64,000 bases of DNA from Eledone cirrhosa (Eukaryota). The notes below the pieces were generated by a model. The model was not told the DNA's origin. It made no database searches and worked only from the letters and a program-made list of their open reading frames with translations. The stretch is from positions 10,416,001 through 10,480,000 of the forward strand of contig OZ024742.1 in the NCBI GenBank assembly GCA_964016885.1. Reading direction: 5' to 3'. Below, piece after piece: positions 14,015 to 27,702 of this stretch. Every line of letters begins with the position of its first letter. The stretch's first letter is position 1. The position numbers and the translations under genes were made by a program.

Positions 14015-15215
14015 TCCCTCTACAAATCTATGTTTAGTTGTTAATCCTCTACAAATCTATGTTTAGTTGTTAATCCACTACAAATCTATGTTTAGTTGTT
14101 AATCCACAACAAATCTATGTTTAGTTGTTAATCCACTACAAAACTATGTTTAGTTGTTAATTCACAACAAATATATGTTTAGTTGTTAATCCACTAATCT
14201 ATGTTTAGTTGTTAATCCTCTACAAATCTATGTTTAGTTGTTAATCCACTACAAAACTATGTTTAGTTGTTATCCACTGCAAAACTATGTTTAGTTGTTA
14301 ATCCACTACAAAACTATGTTTAGTTGTTAATCCACTACAAATCTATGTTCAGTTGTTAATCCACTACAAATCTATGTTTAGTTGTTAATCCACTACAAAA
14401 CTGTTTAGTTGTTAATACACTACAAAACTATGTTTAGTTGTTAATCCACTAATCTATGTTTAGTTGTTAATCCACTACAAAACTATGTTTAGTTGTTAAT
14501 CCACTACAAATCTATGTTTAGTTGTTAATCCACTACACATTTTTGTTTAGTTGTTAATCCACTACAAATCTATGTTTAATTGTTAATCCACTACAAATCT
14601 AAGTTTAGTTGTTAATCCACTACAAAACTATGTTTAGTTGTTAATCCACTACAAAACTATGTTTAGTTGTTAATCCACTACAAAACTATGTTTAGTTGTT
14701 AATCCACTATAAATCTATGTTTAGTTGTTAATCCACTACAAAACTATGTTTAGTTGTTAATCCACTACAAAACTATGTTTAGTTGTTAATCCACTACACA
14801 TCTATCTTTAGTTGTTAATCCACTACAAATCTATGTTTAGTTGTTAATCCACTACAAAACTATGTTTAGTTGTTAATCCACTACAAAACTATGTTTAGTT
14901 GTTAATCCACTACAAATCTGTTTAGGTGTTAATCCACTACAAAACTGTTTAGTTGTTAATCCACTACAAAACTATGTTTAGTTGTTAATCCACTACAAAA
15001 CTATGTTTAGTTGTTAATCCACTACAAATCTGTTTAGTTGTTAATCCACTACAAAACTGTTTAGTTGTTAATCCACTACAAAACTATGTTTAGTTGTTAA
15101 TCCACTACAAAACTATGTTTAGTTGTTAATCCACTACAAAACTATGTTTAGTTGTTAATCCACTACAAAACTATGTTTAGTTGTTAACCACTACAAAACT
15201 ATGTTTAGTTACAAA
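14015..15215. repeat. 29-bp minisatellite, about 41 copies
   Basis: Unit aatccactacaaaactatgtttagttgtt. Confidence 0.95.
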
Positions 15216-15329
15216 ACAAAGCTATGTTTAGCAGGAATTATCAGAGCAAGTCAGCAGTTGGTTGACAGTATTTTCTGAGTGTTTTGTGTATAGGTTAGGG
15301 TAATCAAGTCTTATTTGCATACATATACA

Positions 15330-15610
15330 TCATCATCATCATCACTGTTTAATGTCCATTTTCCATGCAAGAATGGGTTAGATGGGTTGTCTCATTCTGA
15401 GACAAGTCAGATCAGATGACTGTTTCTTGCTCACACAGAACCATTTCGGGCCTGGTTTCTACAGCTGGATGCTTTTCCTAATGCCAATGACATTTACAGT
15501 GTAGGCTGGGTGATTTTTGTCATGACTCCCACATGACCACTTCACAGTGTGGGCTGGACACTTTTTGTTGTGGTTTCTACATGACCACTTTACAGTGTGG
15601 GCTGAGTATT
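15330..15610 (-). mobile_element. Diverged SINE family 2 or RTE 3' UTR fragment
   Basis: Reverse complement of aggaaaagcatccagctgtagaaa plus the ccatctaacccattcttgcatgg...gatgat tail. Confidence 0.65.
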
Positions 15611-16635
15611 TTATGTTTCAGTCCCACCATGGGCCACTTTTGGTGAGTGCCTTCTACTTTAACCTTGGTCTGACCGATGCCTTTTGAGTGAAATTTGGTA
15701 GAGAGAAACTGTGTTAATGTGGTCATTTTGATGCCACACCAAAAAGTGCTCAGTTAGTGACACAACAAAAAGCACCCAGTCCACACCATAACATGGTCGT
15801 GTAGGTGTCATGACAAAAAGCACCTAGACCAGACTGTAAAGTGGTCAGGTAGGTGCCATGATAAAAAAACACCCAGTCCACACTGTAAAGTGGTCGTGCA
15901 GGTGTCATGACAAAAAGCACCCAGTCCACACTGTAAAGTGGTCGTGCAGGTGTCATGACAAAAAGCACCCAGTCCACAGTGACCAAACCACATAGATGAA
16001 GTTAACTTTTTAACAACAGCCATAACTGTGCCTTATATATAATATAAAATATAATAAAGTGACAAAAAGTTAGCAATGTGACGATATCTCTGTCCTTCAG
16101 CCAAACCATATTAAAATCAGAGCACAGATGTATTTGTCTTTTATCTTCTATCAAGATGTGGAAGCTGAACAAAAACTGGTTTGGTCCCACAAGGGGGGGG
16201 GGGGGGAAATAATTCTCCTATTATTGAAAACAGAAAAGTGATATTATAGCTGTTTCTTTTTGTTTGTTTTTCAAGAAAGATTTATGAATCGACTACCTTA
16301 TATAATCTGCTGCAGCTGCCGTCACTGAATACACAACAGTTTATTTACTGGGGGGACAACTACTCTCAAATACTCTAAACTTTACTTGTGTTTTCAATTT
16401 AGCCATAGCAGCTCTAGTTACTGCAAATGACACTGTCTGTATTGTTTGTGGTATGTGTACACAGTGACTTTGGTAATGACCCCCTGAGGAATAGAACATA
16501 CACACACATACACAACATATGCACATATCTATTACTGTATATCTATGTAATTATCTATCTGTATATGTATATATATATATATATAAATATATATATATAC
16601 ACACACACACACATACATATGCATATACACAAAAA

Positions 16636-16822
16636 TAATTGTTTCTACGTTAGGCACAAGGCCAGCAAAAAACCCAGTGTATTACTGGTACTTTATTTTA
16701 TGACCCCGTAAGGATGAAAGGCAAAGTTAACCTCGGCGGGATTTGAACTCAGAATGGCAAGGGCCGTAACTCTATGCGTCAAAGCATGGCGTCCGACCCT
16801 CTACCAATACTGCCAATCCAAC
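16636..16822 (-). mobile_element. SINE family 1, full-length
   Basis: Reverse complement of head tggattggcagtattggtagagggtcggacgcc, B box and Nin-like body. Confidence 0.8.
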
Positions 16823-16994
16823 CAAAAATAATGCATATAAAAATATACACACACACGTGTGTGTGTGTGTACAAATCATACTTTATATACATATACATAT
16901 TTATATGTAAATTCATTCATAGGCATTCCACCTATGTTTCTAATTCTTTATATTGTTTTTTGTAAAAAACGATATCTATTTCATATATATATAT

Positions 16995-17137
16995 GGTGTT
17001 AGGAAGGGCATCCAGCTGTAGACAACCTGCCAGACAGTCCTATGCGAGCAAGATAATCACTCTTGCCTCAAGTGGGAAAACCCCCGTCCAAACCCATGCA
17101 AGCGTGGAACACGGACGTTAAACATTGATGATGATGA
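16995..17137 (+). mobile_element. RTE family A 3' end fragment
   Basis: Matches the last ~150 bp of the 38890-39041 3' UTR, with (GAT)n tail. Confidence 0.75.
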
Positions 17138-17173
17138 TATATGTGTGTGTGTGTATCTTTTTATCTCTATAAT

Positions 17174-17328
<155 letters not shown>

Positions 17329-17779
17329 CTTTTTATCTTTATAATTATCTACACATATATATATATACATACCACTGGAGAAAATGGTATGGCATAATTA
17401 ATACTTTGTTGTCATTAATGTCCTGTTAATTCCTGCCCTCCTCTCTACAACCACCACACCCTCCTCTCTACAACCACCACACCCTCCTCTCTACAACCAC
17501 CACACCCTCTAACAACACCAATATAAACAACACAGTTCATTATCAACACCCTCCCCATCTCCTTCACCTCATATCATCATCATCGTTATCATCATCATAG
17601 TTTCCATCATCATCACCATCATCATCATCATCATCATCTTATATCATCATCATCATCATCATCATCAAGCTCATTACTGTGACATAATTTAATTTAATAA
17701 CTGTTTACTCTGAGTGTCTGTGTCTCTGTGTCTGAGTCTGTGTGTGTTTCTGTGTCTGAGTCTGTGTGTGTCTCTGTGT

Positions 17780-17821
<42 letters not shown>

Positions 17822-17886
17822 AAGAGATGTATTGACTATATAAAGATTAGCCTACCTCATGGTCCCAGAGGACGGAATAGAAGTCT

Positions 17887-18437
17887 GAGATGGTGGTACC
17901 ATGGAGGGTATCATGTGGGAGAGATGGTGGTACCATGGAGGGTATCATGTGGGAGAGATGGTGGTACCATGGAGGGTATCATGTGGGAGAGATGGTGGTA
18001 CCATGGAGGGTATCATGTGGGAGAGATGGTGGTACCATGGAGGGTATCATGTGGGAGAGATGGTGGTACCATGGAGGGTATCATGTGGGAGAGATGGTGG
18101 TACCATGGAGGGTATCATGTGGGAGAGATGGTGGTACCATGGAGGGTATCATGTGGGAGAGATGGTGGTACCATGGAGGGTATCATGTGGGAGAGATGGT
18201 GGTACCATGGAGGGTATCATGTGGGAGAGATGGTGGTACCATGGAGGGTATCATGTGGGAGAGATGGTGGTACCATGGAGGGTATCATGTGGGAGAGATG
18301 GTGGTACCATGGAGGGTATCATGTGGGAGAGATGGTGGTACCATGGAGGGTATCATGTGGGAGAGATGGTGGTACCATGGAGGGTATCATGTGGGAGAGA
18401 TGGTGGTACCATGGAGGGTATCATGTGGGAGAGATGG
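17887..18437. repeat. Perfect 34-bp minisatellite, about 16 copies
   Basis: Unit gagatggtggtaccatggagggtatcatgtggga. Confidence 0.95.
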
Positions 18438-18526
18438 AGATATCAAGTCAATAAATTCAGAACAACAGAGATCATTATAAGGGACAATGGCAGGAAATTG
18501 GGCAAAGTTCCAGCTGAAGTTTTTTG

Positions 18527-19045
18527 TCCATTGAAGACTTGCCTATCAACTGGTGCTAGATTGTAGGGTCTTTATTAGAGATACCTGCATGTGTGTGTAT
18601 GTCATTGAAGACTTGCCTATCAACTGGTGCTAGATTGTAGGGTCTTTATTAGAGATACCTGCATGTGGGTGTATGTCATTGAAGACTTGCCTATCAACTG
18701 GTGCTAGATTGTAGGGTCTTTATTAGATATACCTGCATGTGTGTGTATGTCATTGAAGACTTGCCTATCAACTGGTGCTAGATTGTAGGGTCTTTATTAG
18801 AGATACCTGCATGTGGGTGTATGTCATTGAAGACTTGCCTATCAACTGGTGCTAGATTGTAGGGTCTTTATTAGAGATACCTGCATGTGGGTGTATGTCA
18901 TTGAAGACTTGCCTATCAACTGGTGCTAGATTGTAGGGTCTTTATTAGATATACCTGCATGTGGGTGTATGTCATTGAAGACTTGCCTATCAACTGGTGC
19001 TAGATTGTAGGGTCTTTATTAGAGATACCTGCATGTGGGTGTATG
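18527..19045. repeat. 74-bp minisatellite, 7 copies
   Basis: Unit gtcattgaagacttgcctatcaactgg...gcatgtgggtgtat. Confidence 0.95.
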
Positions 19046-19329
19046 TATATATATATCCGTCCTTTGTCAGGTTTTGTTTTTTGTCCTGCAGGGTGTCAAA
19101 AATCACCCTCCTCCCCAAGTAAACTTGGTGAGGTTGCCGGTTTAGTCACCGACGACCCGACCATGTGACAGGTTGTACTGGGTTACATGTTACTAGTACC
19201 ACTCAAGAGTGACCCGACATCACAAAGGACGGAAGAACTCATAAGAACCAACGACCATTCATAAGTGTCAATATGTATATACACATGTACATATGTATGT
19301 ATATGTACATGGGTGCATGTGTATGTATA

Positions 19330-19682
19330 TGCGCGGGGACATAGAAATAATTGGGTTGGATACCCGATCGCACGGTTAAACCACTGGGAGTGAAGGACCC
19401 CTAGCCTTTGTCAGGGCATTCTTCTAGGAGAAGGCAACTCAGGAAACTGGGATAACTCTGATATAAAACCTGCGGCTCAGTAGTTACCGATGATGTTGAT
19501 CTTTTCTTCTTTTCGAGTTATAGCTAGTGTCGCTCAGAGAGTGGGATTGGCTCAGTGCACAGTCTTTCCTCACTTTAAAAAATATTTTCACGCACAGGCA
19601 TTGCACGATAGAATTAATTGATAATTATTAATAATGGTATATCGTGCAATGGCCATACTCGATAACGAGGGGGCAGCCATCA
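19330..19682 (+). mobile_element. Interspersed repeat resembling an RTE 5' UTR; second copy at 48325-48611
   Basis: ctaggagaaggcaactc...actctgatataaaacc; near-identical copy at 48.3-48.6 kb. Confidence 0.6.
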
Positions 19683-19699
19683 TATATATATATATATAT

Positions 19700-19857
19700 C
19701 TAGGGTGGGTAAAATTCCCGAGATCCATGGACGAATTCTCGTCAGCGGTCTCTGTCCCTCATTATCACTGCCATGTCGTGCATATCTAAGAGACCAGTGT
19801 CTGTCCTTAGGGCATCAACATATGTTAACCTCTGTTTTTCTCTCGCAGTGTGTCCAT
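19700..19857 (-). mobile_element. RTE family C 3' end fragment
   Basis: RLTYVDALRTDTGLL...RDRD, homologous to 10650-10806. Confidence 0.8.
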
Positions 19858-20334
19858 GTATATATATATATATATCTGTGTGTATGTATATATGTCTGTG
19901 TGTGTATGTATATATATATATATATGTCTGTGTGTGTGTGTCTGTGTGCACACATGTACATTTATCATCATCATAATTTGTATTTGCTTTTCCCCATTAG
20001 TTCTAGGGTCAACTGCTCCAACTAGTATTAATTTCTTCATTTCTACTATGGGCACCGAGCCCTTATTTGTGTTATTTTCAATTGTAGCAATTTTCCTGTC
20101 CCATATTTGTATATAGTTATTCCATCTTGTTTTGTGGCTTTCCCAATGTCCGTTGTTTTCATCCTGAAGACTTATCCATGGATAACTCCGTGGTTTCTCT
20201 TGATGCAATGGTAGACAATAGTCCCGCTTATAAAGCATCTGAAACTATAGTGATTCCCAGAAAGACGTCTGATGAGCAGGAATCGTCCATCTACTTGTCA
20301 GTTCCATGTTTTCTGTTTGCCATATTTCTCCCAC

Positions 20335-20417
<83 letters not shown>

Positions 20418-20622
20418 CACACATAAGTATGCACACATACACACATACATACACACATACATATATATATATACATACACACATAAGTATGCACACATAC
20501 ACACATACATACACACACACATATATATATACACACATAAGTATGCACACATACACACATACATACACACATATATATATATATACATACACACATAAGT
20601 ATGCACGCATACACACATACAT

Positions 20623-20669
<47 letters not shown>

Positions 20670-20708
20670 TACTTATACATATATACGTATGGGTTATATC
20701 GAACATTA

Positions 20709-20897
20709 ATAATTGTTTCTACTTCTGGCACAAGGCCAGCAAATACCCAGTGCATTACTGGTACTTTATTTTATCAACCCTGTAAGGATGAAAGCTAAGT
20801 TAACCTCGACGGGATTTGAACTCAGAATGGCAAGGGCCGTAACTCCATGCTTCAAAGCATGGCGTCCGACCCTCTACCGATACTGCCAATCCACCCA
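20709..20897 (-). mobile_element. SINE family 1, full-length
   Basis: Same head, B box and body as 16636-16822. Confidence 0.8.
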
Positions 20898-21000
20898 TTA
20901 ATAATAATGCTCGATTTGTTTGTAAACAAACAACCTGATTTGAAGCTGTACCGTGCCGGTGAGCGATCGTCATCTGCTTGTTCAACACTGGCTTTGAGGA

Positions 21001-21043
21001 ACAATCAACATGTTTCTGGGTCATTACACTTCATCAGGACTGT
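21001..21043 (-). ncRNA. Minimal type I hammerhead ribozyme (PLE-type)
   Basis: Minus strand: acagtc-CTGATGA-agtgtaatgaccca-GAAAC-at-GTT-gattgt. Stem I is 6 bp, stem III is the palindrome ACATGT, stem II is eroded. Confidence 0.65.
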
Positions 21044-22159
21044 ACACCTCTGCGGTTGAAAATATATAGTATTTTCTTCAGTACATATATATGTATGTAT
21101 ATGAATATATATATGTGATGATGATGTATGTATGTGTGAGTGTGGTTTGAAATAGATACATTGTATGATTGAGTGTTGTTAGAAGCCACTAAAAGGTTTT
21201 AGTGTCAGGAAAGGCCCATAGCTGTAAAACATTGCCTGAAAATGTCCAGTCCAACCCATGCCTGCCTAGATAAGTCATAGTATATACATGTGTAGAACAT
21301 CACTTTAAATAAATATATATATATATATATCATACATGTATAGACACACCCAAGTACACACACACATACAAGTACACACACACACATACAAGTGCACACA
21401 CAATACATTTGAGTGCCAACCAAAATTATAAGCAAATGTGCTGTCATATTCAACCAGAATGTGTTTCCTGGGCCCCTAAAAACACTTGTAGAGTTTTTTA
21501 TTCAGTTATCCCTGTATACCACTTAAAAATGTAGGTCAAGGGGTTATGGTTGAATAGTCCCTGTAATGGCAGTGGTGGAGATGTGGGAGTTAGGTGGGGC
21601 GGGGTGATTGATCTGTACTACAAGTTGGCCTCAAGCCAGAAAACATCAAAGAGAATAATGTCAAATCCTTGCAGCTTCCTTTGGGCTGTTTGCCAGGAGG
21701 GGTAGGGGGGACACTTAGTTGACCTCTGACCTCACACCCACCATCTCTGCTGAAATAGTTCTTTAATGCTCTTAATGTCTTCCTGCAGTTCTATTATCCC
21801 TCTCTCTCTCTCTCTTTCTCTCCTTCCCATTATCTTTTTTCTCTACCTCTCTCTCTCTTTCCCTCTCTACCTCTCTCTCTTTCCCTCTCTACCTCCCTCT
21901 CTACCTCTCACTCTTTCCTTCTCTACCTCCCTCTCTACCTCTCACTCTTTCTCTCTCTACCTCTCTCTACCTTTCTCTCTCTACCTCTCTCTCTTCCACT
22001 CTTCCTCCCTCTCTCTCTCCCTCCACCCACTCCTTCATCTCTCCTTCTCTATTCCCTGCCCCTTCCCTCCCCTCCATCTTGACCCTCCAACAAGTGAGTA
22101 ATTACTCACCTCTGCCTGCTCCCCACTCATTTCTACAGTCACCTCCTGTCTTCTCAAGA

Positions 22160-23850
22160 ACATCACCAACACCACCACCACTACTACACCACCACCACTA
22201 CACCACCACTACCACCAACACTACCACCACCACTACACCACCACCACCACTACACCATCACCACCACCACTACACCACTACCACCACCACTACACCACTA
22301 CCACCATCACCACCACCACTACACCACTACCACCACCACTACACCACTACCACCACCACCACCACCACTACACCACCACCACCACTACTACACCACCACC
22401 ACTACCACCACCACCAATATACCACCACCAACACAATCCCCACCACCACTACACCACCACTACTATACCACCACTAACACAACCACCACCACCAATATAC
22501 CACCACCAACACAACCACCACTACTATACCACCACTAACACAACCACCACCACCAATATACCACCACCAACACAACCCCCACCACCACCACTACTATACC
22601 ACCACTAACACAACCGCCACCACCAATATACCACCACCAACACAACCCCCACCACCACCACTACTATACCACCACTAACACAACCGCCACCACCAATATA
22701 CCACCACCAACACAACCACCACTACTATACCACCACTAACACAACCACCACCACCAATATACCACCACCAACACAACCCCCACCACCACCACTACTATAC
22801 CACCACTAACACAACCGCCACCACCAATATACCACCACCAACACAACCACTACTACACCAACAACACCAGCCACCACCACTACAGCCAGAATCACTATTA
22901 CAAGGACACCATTAAGTACACCACCACCAACACAACCACCACTACTACTACACCACCACCAACACAACCACAACCACTACACCATTACCAACACAACCAC
23001 CACCACCACCACTACACCACCACTACTATACCACCACTAACACAACCACCACCACCACTACACCACTACCAACACAACCACCACCACCACCACTACACCA
23101 CCACTACTATACCACCACTAACACCACCACAACCACTACCACCACTACTACACCACCACCACCACTACCACCACTACTACCATTACCACCACTACCACAC
23201 CACCACCACCACTAACTACACCACCACCACCACAACCACTACTACACCACTACCACCACTACTACACCACCACTACTACTACCATTACCACCACTACCAC
23301 CTATACTACACCACCACCACCACTACCACTAACTACACCAACGCCACCACAACCACTACTACACCACCACTACCACCACTACTACACCACCACCACCACT
23401 ACCACCACTACTACACCACCACCACCACTACCACCACTACTACACCACCACCACTACTACCATTACCACCACTACCACCACCACTACACCACCACCACCA
23501 CTACCACCACTACTACCATTACCACCACTACCACCACCACTATACCACCACCACCACCACTATACCACCACCACCACCACCACCACTAACTACTCCACCA
23601 CCACTACCACTAACTACTCCACCACCACTACCACTAACTACACCACCACCACTACTACACCACCACAACCACCACTACACCACCACCACACCACCACCAC
23701 TACTACACCACTACCACTACTACTACCACCACCACCACCACTACTACACCATCACCACCACAACCACCACACCACCACCACTACTACACCACTACCACTA
23801 CTACTACCACCACCACCACCACTCCCCCACTACACCACCACCACCACCAC
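22160..23850. repeat. (CAC/CTA)n low-complexity tract
   Basis: Direct reading. Confidence 0.9.
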
Positions 23851-24210
23851 CATTAATACAACAGCCTTTGACCTGACAATCAAACAACTGTCATATATAT
23901 TATTGGCTCTTTTTTTTTATCTAACTCTCCCCCTCTAATGCCCCCCCCCCTCCCATAATCATTCTATCACCCCACCACCACCGCATCTTCACCATTTTAT
24001 CACCACACCACCACCACCACCCATCACCATTTTATCACCCTTCCACCCTTCTCTTTCATGTTTAAATTTATTGAATGACTTCAGTCTTTGTCTCTTCTGT
24101 CTTCTTTACCCACTTATTGTGGATCAGCATCCATTCACATCATATACATACACACACATACATAAACACATACGTACACATACACACACACACATACATG
24201 CACACACATT

Positions 24211-24242
<32 letters not shown>

Positions 24243-24834
24243 CATACATACACACACATTCACAAATTGCCCTTACATCCCTAGTAGAAAACCTCAAAGA
24301 GTATCAAAAGCCCCAGTTTTAATCCCACAGCCACACCTATACCTGTATCAGGTAATATATATCTGATAAGGTATTTCTCTAATTCTGTTCAGGTACAGAT
24401 TCCTTGACCCCCCCCCCCACCCGAACTCCAATCCAGCAACGTTTAGGGATATGGGTTAGGGTTAGACTTTAAGGTTAGGATTAGGGTTCCTAAACAGACT
24501 AAAGTCTGTCTTGAGACCAGAAGTTCATCAGGCCGATGCTTATCTCGATTTCCATAGCATTAAGTGACTGACAGTATACGGACCCCCCCCCCCCCCCCCC
24601 AGTCCTGAACAGGATATATATATATATTCAATATTATATATTCAATGGCAGCATCGGTAGAGGGTTGGACGCCATGCTTTCTAGCATAGTTACGCCCCTT
24701 TACATTCTGAGTTCAAATCCCGCCGAGGTTAACTTTGCCTTTCATCCTTACGGGGTCGATAAAATAAAGTACCAGTAATGTACTGGGTAATTGCTGGCCT
24801 TGTGCCTAAAGTAGAAACAATTATATATTCAAAC

Positions 24835-26105
24835 GGCGGTGGATTGGCAGTATCGGTAGAGGGTCGGACGCCATGCTAGGGTGGTGGATTGGTAGTATCG
24901 GTAGAGGGTCTGACACCATGCTAGGGCAGTGGATTGGCAGTATCGGTAGAGAGTCTGACGCCATGCTAGGGTGGTGGATTGGTAGTATCGGTAGAGGGTC
25001 TGACGCCATGCTAGGGCAGTGGATTGGCAGTATCGGTAGAGGGTCTGACGCCATGCTAGGGCAGTGGATTGGCAGTATCGGTAGAGGGTCTGACGCCATG
25101 CTAGGGCAGTGGATTGGCAGTATCGGTAGAGGGTCTGACGCCATGCTAGGGCAGTGGATTGGCAGTATCGGTAGAGGGTCTGACGCCATGCTAGGGTGGT
25201 GGATTGGCAGTATCGGTAGAGGGTCGGACGCCATGCTAGGGCGGTGGATTGGCAGTATCGGTAGAGGGTCTGACGCCATGCTAGGGCAGTGGATTGGCAG
25301 TATCGGTAGAGGGTCGGACGCCATGCTAGGGCGGTGGATTGGCAGTATCGGTAGAGGGTCTGACGCCATGCTAGGGTGGTGGATTGGCAGTATCGGTAGA
25401 GGGTCTGACGCCATGCTAGGGCAGTGGATTGGCAGTATCGGTAGAGGGTCGGACGCCATGCTAGGGCAGTGGATTGGCAGTATTGGTAGAGGGTCGGACG
25501 CCCTGCTAGGGTGGTGGATTGGTAGTATCGGTAGAGGGTCGGACGCCCTGCTAGGGTGGTGGATTGGTAGTATCGGTAGAGGGTCGGACGCCATGCTAGG
25601 GTGGTGGATTGGTAGTATCGGTAGAGGGTCGGACGCCATGCTAGGGTGGTGGATTGGTAGTATCGGTAGAGGGTCGGACGCCATGCTAGGGTGGTGGATT
25701 GGTAGTATCGGTAGAGGGTCTGACGCCATGCTAGGGTGGTGGATTGGCAGTATCGATAGAGGGTCGGACGCCATGCTAGGGCAGTGGATTGGCAGTATCG
25801 GTAGAGGGTCGGACGCCATGCTAGGGTGGTGGATTGGTAGTATAGGTAGAGAGTCGGACGCCATGTTAGGGCGGTGGATTGGCAGTATCGCTAGAGGGTC
25901 GGACGCCATGCTAGAGCGGTGGATTGGCAGTATCGGTAGAGGGTCGGACGCCATACTTTACAGCATAGAGTTATGGCCCTTGCTATTCTGAGTTCAAATC
26001 CCGCCGAGGTTAACTTTGCCTTTCATCCTTACGGGGTCGATATAATACAGTACCAGCAATGTACTGGGATATTTGCTGGCCTTGTGCCAAAAGTAGAAAC
26101 AATTA
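24835..26105 (+). repeat. SINE family 1 copy whose 45-bp 5' head is tandemly amplified about 25 times
   Basis: Unit ggcggtggattggcagtatcggtagagggtcggacgccatgctag matches the SINE head; the array runs into an intact SINE body at ~25955-26105. Confidence 0.9.
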
Positions 26106-26110
26106 TATAT

Positions 26111-26280
26111 ATATTCAATATTATTAACGTTAAAAATAAGTCTTGTTAATCTAGAGTTTCATCTGTGAAAAACACACGAAACTCCAGAGTAACAAGACTC
26201 ACAATTTAGCCTTAATAATATTGAATATTAAAACTCTACTTCGGTATTGAGTACTTCTTTCTCTCAGCCATCAACCACAT
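26111..26280 (+). mobile_element. Short fold-back pLTR-like element with half hammerhead and ACTC..GAGT tail
   Basis: tattcaatattattaa...gtcttgtta-tctagagtttc-[17 nt]-gaaactccagagtaacaagac...ttaataatattgaata, then ACTCtacttcggtattGAGTact. Confidence 0.6.
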
Positions 26281-26287
26281 ACAGATA

Positions 26288-27296
26288 TCTGTATATATAT
26301 ATATAAAATTAAGTATGTGTGTCTGTGTATTACTTATTGGGGCCTACATCTTGCGACCGATTTTCATGAAACTTTACAAGCTCATAGATTAGTCATCGGG
26401 GAATGTTTTCCATATATCAGCGTATCGTTTTTTTTTTATTCCGGGCTCAATCTGCAGATAAAAATCGATGGGGGGGGGGGGGGGGGGGGTCCACCTTTTT
26501 TTAGGTATCGAAAAATAAGATTTTTGGCTCTAGCTCCCATATTTTACCACCGATTTCGTTCAAATTTTAAAGCAAAATAGAATTTATCATTGCACATCCT
26601 GTAATGGCTTTATTGTTCAGGGACGGCGTGGCAGCCGCTTAAATATTCAAAAATACCACTTTTAGACTCAAATTTCCACTTTTCCGGCTCTAGCTCCCAC
26701 ATTAATCAACCTACTTTGTTCAAATTTTACACTACGCTAGATCTGATTATTTCACGTTTTAAAGTGGATTTACATTTTGGATTGTTTGTTCAGGAACGGC
26801 GTGGCAGCCGCTTAAATATTCGAAAATACCACCTTTTCGCTCAAATATCCGCCTCTTCGGCTCTAGCTCCCACATTTTTCAACCGATTTCGTTCAAATTC
26901 GAAACTTCGGCTCCACCTCACACATAAATCAATTTATTTGGTTCAACTTTTATACTACGATAGAACCTATCATTGCACATCTTGTAGATGGTCAAAGGCA
27001 AAATGATGGCCACAGACGTCGGCTAAGCTTTTAGTTGTGTATTTGAGAATTCATCGGTTTCTAATCAAGTAGCGTGAGGAAATTTGGCTTAGTGTTAGGT
27101 CATTACCTCCCTCCCCCAGCATGCCCCTTCGTCAGTCACCCGCGTTTCTCAGTGATAGAGGTCATCACCACCCTCCCCCGCATGGCCTGTGTGTGGCCAT
27201 AGATGAGTCATCGAGAAGCAGTCGCTAAGATCAACACCTTTTCATCAAAGCAGACATTATGTTACCTACCCAGGCAACGCTGGGTACTGCTGCTAG
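26288..27296 (+). mobile_element. Non-autonomous Helitron
   Basis: A|TC 5' end; 3' hairpin tacccag-gcaacg-ctgggta (27267-27286) followed by CTAG|T; internal ~170-bp subrepeats (ggctctagctccca x3). Confidence 0.7.
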
Positions 27297-27702
27297 TTTT
27301 TCTATAAAACTATCCATAGTACAGAGCACTCACAACCTCTAACTGGATTACCTAAAACGATAACTTGTTATCCCATATATATATAATCATCATCATCATC
27401 ATCGTAGCATGGGTTTATACGGTATATATAAGGGAACAAAGAATCAGTGTTGCATCATATACATATTCAATTACATATGTTTCACAGTCGATCAGCTCGA
27501 GAAACGATCTATTAATGATCGAACTTGACTCTGGAATCGGAAGCTCCTCAGATATGTTTTAACATGTAGACTGGCATCTGAGAGTGGTTGGATATTCTCC
27601 CGATTCCTTCTTATATGCTACCACAAATTCTGTCATACTCGTATTTCATCACATTCACTTGTTGGCTTATTTTCGGTCACAGCTGGGGGCACCTTATCAC
27701 CT

